From Nitrosopumilus sp. (GTDB lineage: Archaea; Thermoproteota; Nitrososphaeria; Nitrososphaerales; Nitrosopumilaceae): 64,000 bases of DNA. Positions within the stretch are counted from its first letter, which is position 1. Every line of letters starts with the position of its first letter. A program made the translations under genes and the position numbers. The stretch lies in the NCBI GenBank assembly GCA_963667665.2, contig OY763927.2, positions 864,001 through 928,000 on the forward strand. The letters run 5' to 3'. Of the stretch, positions 53,195-62,380 are shown one piece after another. Under the pieces are notes generated by a model. That model did no database searches. It was not told the DNA's origin and saw nothing but the letters and a program-made list of their open reading frames with translations.

Positions 53195-55384
53195 TTATTC
53201 CTCATAATCAAATTTGAAAAGATTTTGTTTTTCAGCTTTTAGTTGTTTTTCAAGTTTTTCTATGTTGTTTAATTTATTATCTAATGCTACTAACTTTTTC
53301 TTTTGTTGATTAAGTGGAGTTTTAGGAATGATCAAAGAATTGAGATTGTCCATATTTATTCTAGAAATAAAATTTGCTTTGCTTTTTATTTTTAATTGTT
53401 CCTGCACACTTTCTGAATTGAGCACATATGCTAGAAATTTAGGAATGATTTTTTTTGGATCTGCTCTAATTACAGCTATTTGTGGACTGGGTAAAATTCC
53501 TACGTCTTTTTTACGTGTAATTCCTATTTTTCCAACTGTTCCCTGGCATGATAATAAAATATCATTTTCTTTGATTAAAAAATCAGAGTACTGTTTAGGA
53601 TATTGTATATAGATAGTTTTTGAAACCACATCCTTTATGAAACCATTTTCTATGTCTTGTATTCTAAGATATGGAGTGGGTGTCTTCTTACTATCTAGTT
53701 CAGAATCAACTGGAGATGGTTTCCCAAACCAAATTTTTCCTAATTTTTCTAATTCAATACCGTTTAGATTTTCGATAATCTTTTGTAATTCTGGTGTTTT
53801 GTCTGATACTGTCCATGTTTTAATCAAATCATTTTGATGTACATGAAAACTTTCAGAAGATGCTTTGAATGATTTTCCTTGTTCAAATTTTTGGAAATCA
53901 TTTTTAATTTTTCTTAAAACATTTGTCCTTAATTTTTTATCTTGAAATACATCTGTAGAAATATCCGACAAGAATACTCTGTTCCAATTTTCCTTACCTT
54001 CTTTTCTTTTGAAATTTAGAATTATCAAACTCATAGATATTCCTGTTTGAGGTAAAGCAATTCCTTGAGGAAATTGAATTATGGCTCTTAGATATCCTGG
54101 ATGTGCTAAAGAAAGACGAAGTGATTCTAAATTTTTCATTGCAAGAAAACTTGGAGGTACTAATAATGCAACTTTGGATAGGTTTTTTTGATTTTGTAAT
54201 TTTTTGATAATATATGCTAATTGTGTTCTTCCATAATTCCCATAAATTTTTCTTATTTCATCTCTTGATGAAATATCTGCACCAATTGGAGGAAAACAAA
54301 AAATGTACTCAAAATCGTTCATTTCCTTAGAATTTAAAAACAAATAATCTTTATTGACTAATTTTATTTCTTTTTCGTATAATTTAGAAATGACTTCTAA
54401 AATTTCACATACATCAGTATTTACTTCAACGCCTGCCAGATTTTTGGTTACATAATCATTTAATTGACTTTTAGTAAGTTTGTATTTTTTTTCAAATATC
54501 TCTGGTAAATCAAAAAGTGGACCATATCTTGCATATGGAATAAGTATTTTTTTATTTTTTAATGGATCAATTAAATCAAATATGAGATTGGATAGTTCTT
54601 TTGGATAATCAATCCAATCGTCTCTTAACAATAATTTTAACATTATTTTCCTAATTGCTTCTTTGTCTGATTTTAATAACGAATATTCTTTCACTGTATC
54701 AAACAATTCATAAAATTTTATTCTAGATAGTTTTTCTTCTGTAACTCTATGTGTACCAAACAAATTTGGAAATGTTCTCTTTCCTAATTCAAACAATTCA
54801 TTTATTTTTTCTTCTTTTGATTTGTTTGTGTCTTCTTCGAATAATTTTCCTTTGAATTCTGTTTCATCTAAAATTTTTAATGTAACAATTTGTAAAAATG
54901 GAGTATATTGATAAAAATCTCTTCTAACTATATCTGCAAGTATTTTTATTTGATAATTAGTTGCAGCAAGGGGTTTGAATTCATTTAATATTTTTTGAAT
55001 TTTATCAAAAAATTCCTTTTTTGGAATATCTTTGATTGGTAAAAGACTATTTCCCTTTAACTGAAATGTCTTTTTTTCTTTTCCATTATATAATATTCCA
55101 TATTCTGCTTTTGATTCTTTTAGATATTCTGAAAGTTGATGTTCAAAAAGTGGTAAAACCAAATTTCCTGTTTTTACTTCTACAATAATTCTTGGTTTTT
55201 TCTTTTCATCAAATACAACGACATTTGCTCTTTTTCCAGAATCTTCTCCAAGAAAGACTTCTCTTCCAATCTGTTTTGGAGGGAATCCATAGTCCTTCTT
55301 CAAAATCTTGATAATTTTTTCAACAAGTTCCACCTCCTTGATCATATCATATTCTTCATTATCGTTGTTTTTATTCATGTTCAT
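53195..55384 (-). CDS. HsdR_N nuclease-like + N6-MTase-like + TRD fusion (type I/IIG-like) with degenerate catalytic motifs
   Basis: RANVVV..VEVK; motif I IPYARYG; motif IV FPPIG; TRD ENDILLSCQGTVGK..IPKFLAYVLNS..PLNQQ. Confidence 0.8.
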   Translation of the reverse strand: MNMNKNNDNEEYDMIKEVELVEKIIKILKKDYGFPPKQIGREVFLGEDSGKRANVVVFDEKKKPRIIVEVKTGNLVLPLFEHQLSEYLKESKAEYGILYNGKEKKTFQLKGNSLLPIKDIPKKEFFDKIQKILNEFKPLAATNYQIKILADIVRRDFYQYTPFLQIVTLKILDETEFKGKLFEEDTNKSKEEKINELFELGKRTFPNLFGTHRVTEEKLSRIKFYELFDTVKEYSLLKSDKEAIRKIMLKLLLRDDWIDYPKELSNLIFDLIDPLKNKKILIPYARYGPLFDLPEIFEKKYKLTKSQLNDYVTKNLAGVEVNTDVCEILEVISKLYEKEIKLVNKDYLFLNSKEMNDFEYIFCFPPIGADISSRDEIRKIYGNYGRTQLAYIIKKLQNQKNLSKVALLVPPSFLAMKNLESLRLSLAHPGYLRAIIQFPQGIALPQTGISMSLIILNFKRKEGKENWNRVFLSDISTDVFQDKKLRTNVLRKIKNDFQKFEQGKSFKASSESFHVHQNDLIKTWTVSDKTPELQKIIENLNGIELEKLGKIWFGKPSPVDSELDSKKTPTPYLRIQDIENGFIKDVVSKTIYIQYPKQYSDFLIKENDILLSCQGTVGKIGITRKKDVGILPSPQIAVIRADPKKIIPKFLAYVLNSESVQEQLKIKSKANFISRINMDNLNSLIIPKTPLNQQKKKLVALDNKLNNIEKLEKQLKAEKQNLFKFDYEE

Positions 55385-55417
55385 AATATGAAAAGAATCT
55401 AAAAAGCAATAATCTTA

Positions 55418-55449
55418 AATTTGGATAATACAAATATTTTTTGTACTAA
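55418..55449. promoter_or_regulatory. 32-bp operator/BRE box, copy 2
   Basis: AATTTGGATAATACAAATATTTTTTGTACTAA; overlaps the regulator ATG; 33 nt from the RM-gene ATG. Confidence 0.85.
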
Positions 55450-56348
55450 TGGCAATATTCATAGCACCGATAGGAACTCACACTGAACATGTAAAGGGAT
55501 GGCTCAAAGAAGAATCTAGAGATGTAGATACTCTATGGCTGATTCATAGTAAAAAAAACATAAAGTTTGATTTTCCAAAGATTGCAAAAAAATTAGAAAA
55601 AGATCTAAATGCAGCATATCCACAAATCACAATAAAGAAAAAAATAATTGAAAGTGCATTTTCTGAAGACCCCACAATTGATGCTATACTTGAAATTATT
55701 CGCAAAGAGGAAGATGATGATTCCTCTATTATTCGAAAAGACTTTGTTGTAAATATCACAGGTGGTACTAACATTATTGCAGCAGCCACAATTCTTGCAG
55801 CAACATTTTATGGAACAAGAGCTCATTATGTTAAAGAACCACAAAAAGGTGATCCAAGGGGAACAAAATATGTTTACGAATTACCAATTCAACCAATAGG
55901 AATTGCTAGATTAAATCAAAATCAGTTAGATGTTTTAAAAATTATTGCAGACTCTACTTATGAAATAAATGATGTACCTAAAGGACTAGATAATAAAAAA
56001 ACACCTGGTTCTATTACACGATTTAAGTTACTCCAAAAACTTGGATGGGCAAAACCAGTAAAAGGATCAAAATTTCCAAGAAGAGAAGGAGGAACCAGAT
56101 TACTTGGAATCACAAAGAAATTAAGAGATGCTGGTTTAGTTGAACAAATAGATTTTATTGAATTTTATAAGGATCAAAATGAATCTAAAAAATCAAAAAT
56201 AGTATATCAGGATGGTTATGCAAAAAAAGTTGAAAATAAAAAATATGTTTCTGACTGGAAAATTTTAAGAAATGAAAGAGAAGTAAGATATGAGATAACT
56301 GCTGCAGGCAAACGTAAAGCAAGAGATGCCCTTATGTTTGATATTTAG
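55449..56348 (+). CDS. CARF-like (DUF6293/Csa3-type) + wHTH regulator
   Basis: IFIAPIG, LWLIHS, VNITGGT, AHYV; wHTH KLRDAGLVE..YEITAAG. Confidence 0.8.
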   Translation: MAIFIAPIGTHTEHVKGWLKEESRDVDTLWLIHSKKNIKFDFPKIAKKLEKDLNAAYPQITIKKKIIESAFSEDPTIDAILEIIRKEEDDDSSIIRKDFVVNITGGTNIIAAATILAATFYGTRAHYVKEPQKGDPRGTKYVYELPIQPIGIARLNQNQLDVLKIIADSTYEINDVPKGLDNKKTPGSITRFKLLQKLGWAKPVKGSKFPRREGGTRLLGITKKLRDAGLVEQIDFIEFYKDQNESKKSKIVYQDGYAKKVENKKYVSDWKILRNEREVRYEITAAGKRKARDALMFDI

Positions 56349-56376
56349 TACAAAAAATATTTGTATTATCCAAATT
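56345..56376. promoter_or_regulatory. 32-bp operator/BRE box, copy 3 (perfect inverse of copy 2)
   Basis: TTAGTACAAAAAATATTTGTATTATCCAAATT overlapping the regulator stop; 33 nt before ATG 56410. Confidence 0.85.
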
Positions 56377-56726
56377 CAAAGATAACTTGTAGTTTCTCTA
56401 ACTATTTTCATGACACAAAAATGCCCTCAAAAGAAACGATGCGTGCAAGAGATATTTTGAGATGGTTTGTGGTGTTTGTTATTGGCTACTAAAAGAATGC
56501 AAATCCCAAAAAATTGCAATTCCTGGGGGCTACAAATTATCTAAATTAATTCAAAATGAAGGATTTGTGATAAAATACCCAAAACCAACCGATCTGTTAC
56601 ACGGAAAAGATCCCACCGGTGATGTTACACTATGACAATTTTTCATTTAACCGTTTTGAACTGGATCCACTTTTGGGAATAGATCGCAGAGAATCAGGTG
56701 TGAAATTGAGGCTAGTTTATGGTCTT

Positions 56727-58412
56727 TTATTCATAAATTCTTCTGATTTTGGAACCACAATTAGGGCATTGCTCTTTTGTATGAATAATTGAGCAGTCAG
56801 CACAGCAAAACTCGATTGGGGTAGATGCTGAGACGTTTTGTGGTTTCTGTTTTATCTCTGTGAGTTCCTTTTTAATGTCTGCAAATTCTTCTTGTTGCTG
56901 TTTTAGGATTATTTCATGTCTTGCAAGGGCTGATTTTTGTGATTTTTCTTCGGATTCTTTTTGTTTTAGTGTTGCAAGTGCATCATTTAGTTCTGCCTTC
57001 AGAACATCAGAATCATCAGTGCCATTAACTATTGATGTGAATTTTGTAAATATGTTAAGTCTTTTTGATGCCTTGGAGTATTCTTTTCGCAGATTTTCAG
57101 GAAATAATTTTGCTTGTTTTTTGTAAGAGTTTTTTGGTTTATGTCCTACTGATTCTTCAATTACATCTTCTCTACACCCACAATCAGTTAACACAGATAC
57201 CAATACGTCACGAATTTCATGTGAATCCATGTTGTAGATATTTTTGCCATTAGCTGTTTTGCCTATTATTTTTAATATTCCTGCTCTTTGTGCAATTTTA
57301 TGGAAGGAGTGGCTCACCCATGAATCTGTAACGGGGTTTCCAAATTTATTTAGAAATATTGGATCTCCCATTTGGATATTCTGTTTTGTTTGTTTTTTTC
57401 TAAAATCCAAATATCTTTGTAACTCATAAACTGCATCTCTGTCTAGAAATCCAATATGCTTGTAATCTACTTTAATTCTTACAAGAGTAATTGGTACAGG
57501 GCACTTGTCTAAATCCCATGAATTGTGATTCTCCGAGCCAAAATATTTCACTAATTGTTCCCATGCCTCAAAATTGAATCTGTCCACCAAGGTTGTTCTA
57601 TCCAATCCTCTTTGAAATTTACACAAAAATAATGCTTTTTCCATCATTGATGGCTTTCCAACAGTTAAAAATTTCATCAAATCAGATAATGACATGCTTT
57701 GTTCTTCGATCTCGTTATTATGAGTAATTGTAGGATCATACTGAAAATTAATCTCCTGTTCATTTCTTTCAAAATATGATATTATTGCAGATTTGATTAG
57801 TGTTAACGAATTTGCTTTAAAATTGATATGTTTCTCATCAAGAAGATATTGCTTTATGATTCGTATGATTGTTTTTTGTTCTATAAATGGTCCTTCTAAT
57901 ATGTCAAGAATTTCTTCTACGTTTTGAAATTTTTTATATTCTGTTTTTTGTACAAATGTGTTTTTATTGGTTCTATGGAGTAATGATATTTTGAATCTTC
58001 TTTCATTGTTTTCAATGTCGGGGGATGTAAGCCATTTGTTAAAATTCCACAATTGACGCAAATATGCTTTTTTGGTACTATCTTCTGCAGTTTTTGCGTT
58101 CTTTTGCCTGTTTCCTCTTAATTGTGATTGCCAATATTGTATTGATTTTAGATCTGTAAACCAGGCAGGGATGTAATTCTCATCAACTCTTTCAATCATT
58201 TTATGATCTTTTGCAAATTTTATCATCTTTTGACTTTTAATGAGGGCATTTTTCTTTTCGTTCTTGCATATTTTTAGAAGAAATTTTTTATTATTTTCAA
58301 ATAATGAGTTTACTGAAACGGTCTCACCTGTTTGTGGAAAGTGAATTTCTTCAAATAATTGCGGAAATTCTAGATTATTTTTGACAACTTTGTACAGGTA
58401 TGACTGTTTCAC
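56727..58412 (-). CDS. Tyrosine recombinase with C-terminal coiled coil and Zn ribbon
   Basis: FQRGLD, RIK, SHEIRD, VGHK..SY; CADC..CPNC. Confidence 0.85.
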   Translation of the reverse strand: MKQSYLYKVVKNNLEFPQLFEEIHFPQTGETVSVNSLFENNKKFLLKICKNEKKNALIKSQKMIKFAKDHKMIERVDENYIPAWFTDLKSIQYWQSQLRGNRQKNAKTAEDSTKKAYLRQLWNFNKWLTSPDIENNERRFKISLLHRTNKNTFVQKTEYKKFQNVEEILDILEGPFIEQKTIIRIIKQYLLDEKHINFKANSLTLIKSAIISYFERNEQEINFQYDPTITHNNEIEEQSMSLSDLMKFLTVGKPSMMEKALFLCKFQRGLDRTTLVDRFNFEAWEQLVKYFGSENHNSWDLDKCPVPITLVRIKVDYKHIGFLDRDAVYELQRYLDFRKKQTKQNIQMGDPIFLNKFGNPVTDSWVSHSFHKIAQRAGILKIIGKTANGKNIYNMDSHEIRDVLVSVLTDCGCREDVIEESVGHKPKNSYKKQAKLFPENLRKEYSKASKRLNIFTKFTSIVNGTDDSDVLKAELNDALATLKQKESEEKSQKSALARHEIILKQQQEEFADIKKELTEIKQKPQNVSASTPIEFCCADCSIIHTKEQCPNCGSKIRRIYE

Positions 58413-58487
58413 GTTGGTTTTTGGGAGTTTTCATAAATAAATATGCCGAAAACCAACCACGATAAGCTCATTAGTTAAATTAATTCT

Positions 58488-59942
58488 TTGAATTCTAGTT
58501 TGAGTAAAGAAGACAAAGGGATCACAGTTTCAAAAAAAGAAGATTTTAGTGAATGGTACACACAGATAGTTCTTAAAGCCAAACTTGCAGATTATGCACC
58601 AGTTAAAGGACTAATTGTTCTTAGACCTGATGGATATTCTATTTGGGAATCATTAAGAAACACATTTGATAAAAAATTTGCAAATAATGGAATCAGAAAT
58701 GGGTTTCTGCCTATTTTAATTCCAGAGTCATTGTTAAGTAAAGAGCAAAAACACTTTGCTGGATTTAATCCAGAAGTATTTTGGGTAACTCATTCAGGGA
58801 ATAATGAAATTGGAGACAGGCTTGCATTAAGACCTACATCTGAAACTTTAGCATACACAATGTATGCCAAATGGATTCAAAGTTGGAGAGATTTACCATT
58901 AAAGATTAATTTTTGGAATACAGCACTTAGAGCAGAGATCAAAGGAACAAAACCATTTCTTAGAACATCCGAATTTTTGTGGCAAGAAGGTCATACAGTA
59001 CATGCAACACAAGAAGAAGCGGAAGAAGAAGTGATGAAAATATTAGAGATTTATAAAAAAACTGTTGAAGAAGAGTTGGCAATTCCAGTAACAACAGGAA
59101 GGAAAAGTGAGAAAGAAAAGTTTGTAGGTGCAGTATACACAACCACTATGGAATCCATTATGCCAGATGGGAAGGCATTACAAATGGGCACATCACATTT
59201 TCTAGGACAAAATTTTTCAAAACCATTTGAAGTAAAATTTGCAGACAAAGACAATGTAGAGCATTTTGCATGGCAAACATCATGGGGAGTTTCTTGGAGA
59301 CTAATTGGTGCAATGATAATGATTCATGGTGATGATCAAGGTCTTGTGTTACCACCAAAGATAGCACCAATGCAAGTTGTAATTGTACCAATTTACAAAA
59401 ATGATGAAGGCAAAGATAAGGTATTACCCAAAGTAGAAGAAATTAGAAAAAATCTAGAGTCAAAAGAAATCAGAGTACATGTTGATGATAGAAGTGAATT
59501 ATCTCCAGGATACAAATTCAATGATTGGGAACTAAAAGGAGTTCCTATACGAATAGAGATAGGCCCTAAAGACATAGAAAAGAAGAGCATAGTTCTTGCA
59601 AAAAGATACAATCGTGAAAAGTCAAGTTTAGGTTTTTCTGAAATTGAAAAAATCCCCCCTATCTTAGATGAAATACAAAATGACATGTTAAAAACTGCTA
59701 GAGAACAAACGAAAGCAAATACCATAGATATTTCAGACTATACTGAATTCAAATCAAAAATTGAGAAAGGGGGTTTCTTTAGTGCTCCTTGGTGTGGAAA
59801 ATTAGAATGTGAGGAAAAAATTAAAGAGGAAACAGGTGCAGATATCAGAGTAATTCCATTTGGTAGTGAAAATACAGAGAAAAAATGCATGTATTGCCAA
59901 GAACAAAGTATTTCAATCCCGATTTTTGCGAGAGGATACTAA
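58488..59942 (+). CDS. proS: Proline--tRNA ligase (archaeal/eukaryotic type)
   Basis: DFSEWY, LRPTSE, FLWQEGH, QTSWG, FARGY; start probably at 58500. Confidence 0.97.
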   Translation: MNSSLSKEDKGITVSKKEDFSEWYTQIVLKAKLADYAPVKGLIVLRPDGYSIWESLRNTFDKKFANNGIRNGFLPILIPESLLSKEQKHFAGFNPEVFWVTHSGNNEIGDRLALRPTSETLAYTMYAKWIQSWRDLPLKINFWNTALRAEIKGTKPFLRTSEFLWQEGHTVHATQEEAEEEVMKILEIYKKTVEEELAIPVTTGRKSEKEKFVGAVYTTTMESIMPDGKALQMGTSHFLGQNFSKPFEVKFADKDNVEHFAWQTSWGVSWRLIGAMIMIHGDDQGLVLPPKIAPMQVVIVPIYKNDEGKDKVLPKVEEIRKNLESKEIRVHVDDRSELSPGYKFNDWELKGVPIRIEIGPKDIEKKSIVLAKRYNREKSSLGFSEIEKIPPILDEIQNDMLKTAREQTKANTIDISDYTEFKSKIEKGGFFSAPWCGKLECEEKIKEETGADIRVIPFGSENTEKKCMYCQEQSISIPIFARGY

Positions 59943-59954
59943 TCTATTTTTAAA

Positions 59955-61265
59955 ATGACCTCAAATCCAGAATTAGAGCAAAGAGAACCATTGCTAGAAC
60001 AGTTTAGAGAGACTAGAAGTAGAACATTAGAACTTGTAAAAACATTAGGAAAAGATGATTTTGTTGTTCAGACTGCATTTTTCATGAGTCCACCAAAATG
60101 GCATATTGGTCATGTTAGTTGGATTTATGAAGCAATAATGAGTAAATTGGATAAAAATTATGAATTTTATTCAAATGAATTTTCAGAATATCTTAATTCC
60201 TATTATCAACAATTTGGGATTCCACAAGATAAGGGACTAAGAGGAGTAAGTTCAAGACCCACAGTTGAGCAGATATTCCAATACTTTAACACAATTAATC
60301 AAAGAGTAGAGCATTTTATTGAATCTCAAACTTTGAGTGAGGATTCGGTAAGATTAATCACCATGGGATTTCATCATGAATATCAACATCAAGAGCTTCT
60401 AGTGTATGATTTACAACATCTTCTTGCAGAGCAATATAGACCAGTAAAAAGAAATGAGATTCCAAAACAAAATGAGATTGAGAAAAAATCAACCAAGATC
60501 AAAGGAGGTTTATACACAATGGGTTACAACGGAAAAGATTATTGTTATGACATTGAACTTCCAGAACACAAAGTCTACCTTAATGATTATAAATTAGATA
60601 TTTTCCCAGTTACAAATCAACAATATTTAGAATTTATTGATGATGGAGGATATGAGACATACAAATATTGGTTATCAGATGGTTGGGAGAAAGTTAAAGA
60701 AAATAAATGGATAGCACCCATGTACTGGGAAAAAATAGATGGTAAATGGAATGTAAGAGACTTTTTAGGAATTAGAAAAATCAATCCGAATGAACCTGTA
60801 TGTCATGTAAGTTATTTTGAAGCTGACGCATATTGTAAATGGGCTGGAAAAAGACTCCCTACAGAAGCAGAATGGGAAAAAGCTGCGTGTTGGAATGAAG
60901 AAACGCAAGTAAAAACAATCTATCCGTGGGGGAATGAGAAACCAACAGAAGAAAAATGCAATATTCTGGAATCATATTTTTGGGGATGTACTGAAATTGG
61001 GACATTTCTAAATGGCACTAGTCCTTCAGGATGTCAACAGATGATTGGAGATGTTTGGGAATGGACATCATCAGAATTTACTGGATATCCAGGATTCAAA
61101 ACAGGATTTGATGAATATAATGATAAATGGTTTTCAAACCAAAAAGTATTGAAAGGAGGTTCGTTTGCCACTCCAAAAATGTCAATTAGAGGAAGTTACA
61201 GGAATTTCTTTAGAACAGATGAAAGATGGTTATTCTCAGGTTTTAGATGTGCAGAAGATATCTAA
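59955..61265 (+). CDS. egtB: Ergothioneine biosynthesis sulfoxide synthase (DinB + FGE-sulfatase domains)
   Basis: SPPKWHIGH, HEYQHQE, RLPTEAEWE, GFRC. Confidence 0.9.
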   Translation: MTSNPELEQREPLLEQFRETRSRTLELVKTLGKDDFVVQTAFFMSPPKWHIGHVSWIYEAIMSKLDKNYEFYSNEFSEYLNSYYQQFGIPQDKGLRGVSSRPTVEQIFQYFNTINQRVEHFIESQTLSEDSVRLITMGFHHEYQHQELLVYDLQHLLAEQYRPVKRNEIPKQNEIEKKSTKIKGGLYTMGYNGKDYCYDIELPEHKVYLNDYKLDIFPVTNQQYLEFIDDGGYETYKYWLSDGWEKVKENKWIAPMYWEKIDGKWNVRDFLGIRKINPNEPVCHVSYFEADAYCKWAGKRLPTEAEWEKAACWNEETQVKTIYPWGNEKPTEEKCNILESYFWGCTEIGTFLNGTSPSGCQQMIGDVWEWTSSEFTGYPGFKTGFDEYNDKWFSNQKVLKGGSFATPKMSIRGSYRNFFRTDERWLFSGFRCAEDI

Positions 61266-62284
61266 TTTTTGGATATCAAAGTTAGTGAAAAATGCTTGTC
61301 ATCATCAAGCCACGTATGTTTAATTTCAAATCCAATACTATCAAACAGTTCATAAATTTGTGATAATTGATATTTGTGTGAATGTTCAGTATGAATTAGT
61401 TCATCCTTTTCCAAATTCAACAAAAGATCTGATTTTGATACTATAACTGATTGATGTACAAGAGATTTTAGATACATCTCAATTCTTTGTTTCTCTTCGT
61501 TGTAAATTGCATGATGTGAAAAATTTTTCAAATTAAAATCAGCATCAAGTTCAGCATTAATTCTAGAAAGAACATTGAGATTAAACTTGGCAGTCACACC
61601 TTGTGTATCATCATATGCAGATTCCAAAATCGGTTTTTCTTTTACCAAATCTAATCCAATCAAAAAGAGATCACCAGATTTCATTGTAGAATGTATTTTC
61701 TGTAAAAATTTGAAACCATCACTTGGAGAAAAATTGCCAAAACTGGAACCCAAAAAGATTATCAGATTTTTCTTGTCGTCGAAATTTTTAAGAAATTCTA
61801 AACCACCTTCATAAGTGTCAATTATGCCTGTGATATACAATCCATCATAATTTTTCAGTAATTCCTCAGAACTTTCAGTCAGAATTTCAGAGATATCAAT
61901 TGGAAAGTACTCTATAGTTTCTTGTAATTGTGTCAAAATATCAAGAATCAGTCTAGTTTTTACAGATGTACCACTTCCAAGTTCAACTAATCGAAAATTT
62001 TTATCAATGTAAGAGGATAATTCAGGTTGTAACTTCCTCAGAATAGAAATTTCAGTTCTTGTAGGATAATATTCAGGTAAAGAACAAATTTTTTCAAACA
62101 AATCTGAGCCCTTTTTATCATAAAAGAATTTGGGGTTGATAAATTTAGAATCTCGATTCAAACTAGAAGATATTTCTTCTGAAAATGTTTTCTCAATTTT
62201 AGTAGCATGTGGTTTAAAGTATCGAAGTTTGGGAGATACCACATATTTTTTGTAATCAAGATTTTTTTGAATTGTGTTACTCAA
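61262..62284 (-). CDS. egtD: L-histidine N-alpha-methyltransferase
   Basis: PKFFYD, LPEYYPTRTE, VELGSG, AYDD, TEHSHKY. Confidence 0.92.
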   Translation of the reverse strand: MSNTIQKNLDYKKYVVSPKLRYFKPHATKIEKTFSEEISSSLNRDSKFINPKFFYDKKGSDLFEKICSLPEYYPTRTEISILRKLQPELSSYIDKNFRLVELGSGTSVKTRLILDILTQLQETIEYFPIDISEILTESSEELLKNYDGLYITGIIDTYEGGLEFLKNFDDKKNLIIFLGSSFGNFSPSDGFKFLQKIHSTMKSGDLFLIGLDLVKEKPILESAYDDTQGVTAKFNLNVLSRINAELDADFNLKNFSHHAIYNEEKQRIEMYLKSLVHQSVIVSKSDLLLNLEKDELIHTEHSHKYQLSQIYELFDSIGFEIKHTWLDDDKHFSLTLISKN

Positions 62285-62380
62285 GAATTAAAACCAGATT
62301 CATTAAACATAAATTCTTTCTCCCAATTCTTTACGCATAAATCATATTTCTTGATATACTTCTTCATTCAACAATAGTAA

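Larger units (their letters stand above)
47308..56629. mobile_element. Cargo element B bounded by the same ~54-bp inverted ends
   Basis: GGTTCTGTAACATCACCGGTTGG...CGGTTGGTTTT at 47308; inverted AAAACCAACCGATCTGTTACAC...GATGTTACA at 56581-56629 (outer 5 bp diverged). Confidence 0.6.
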
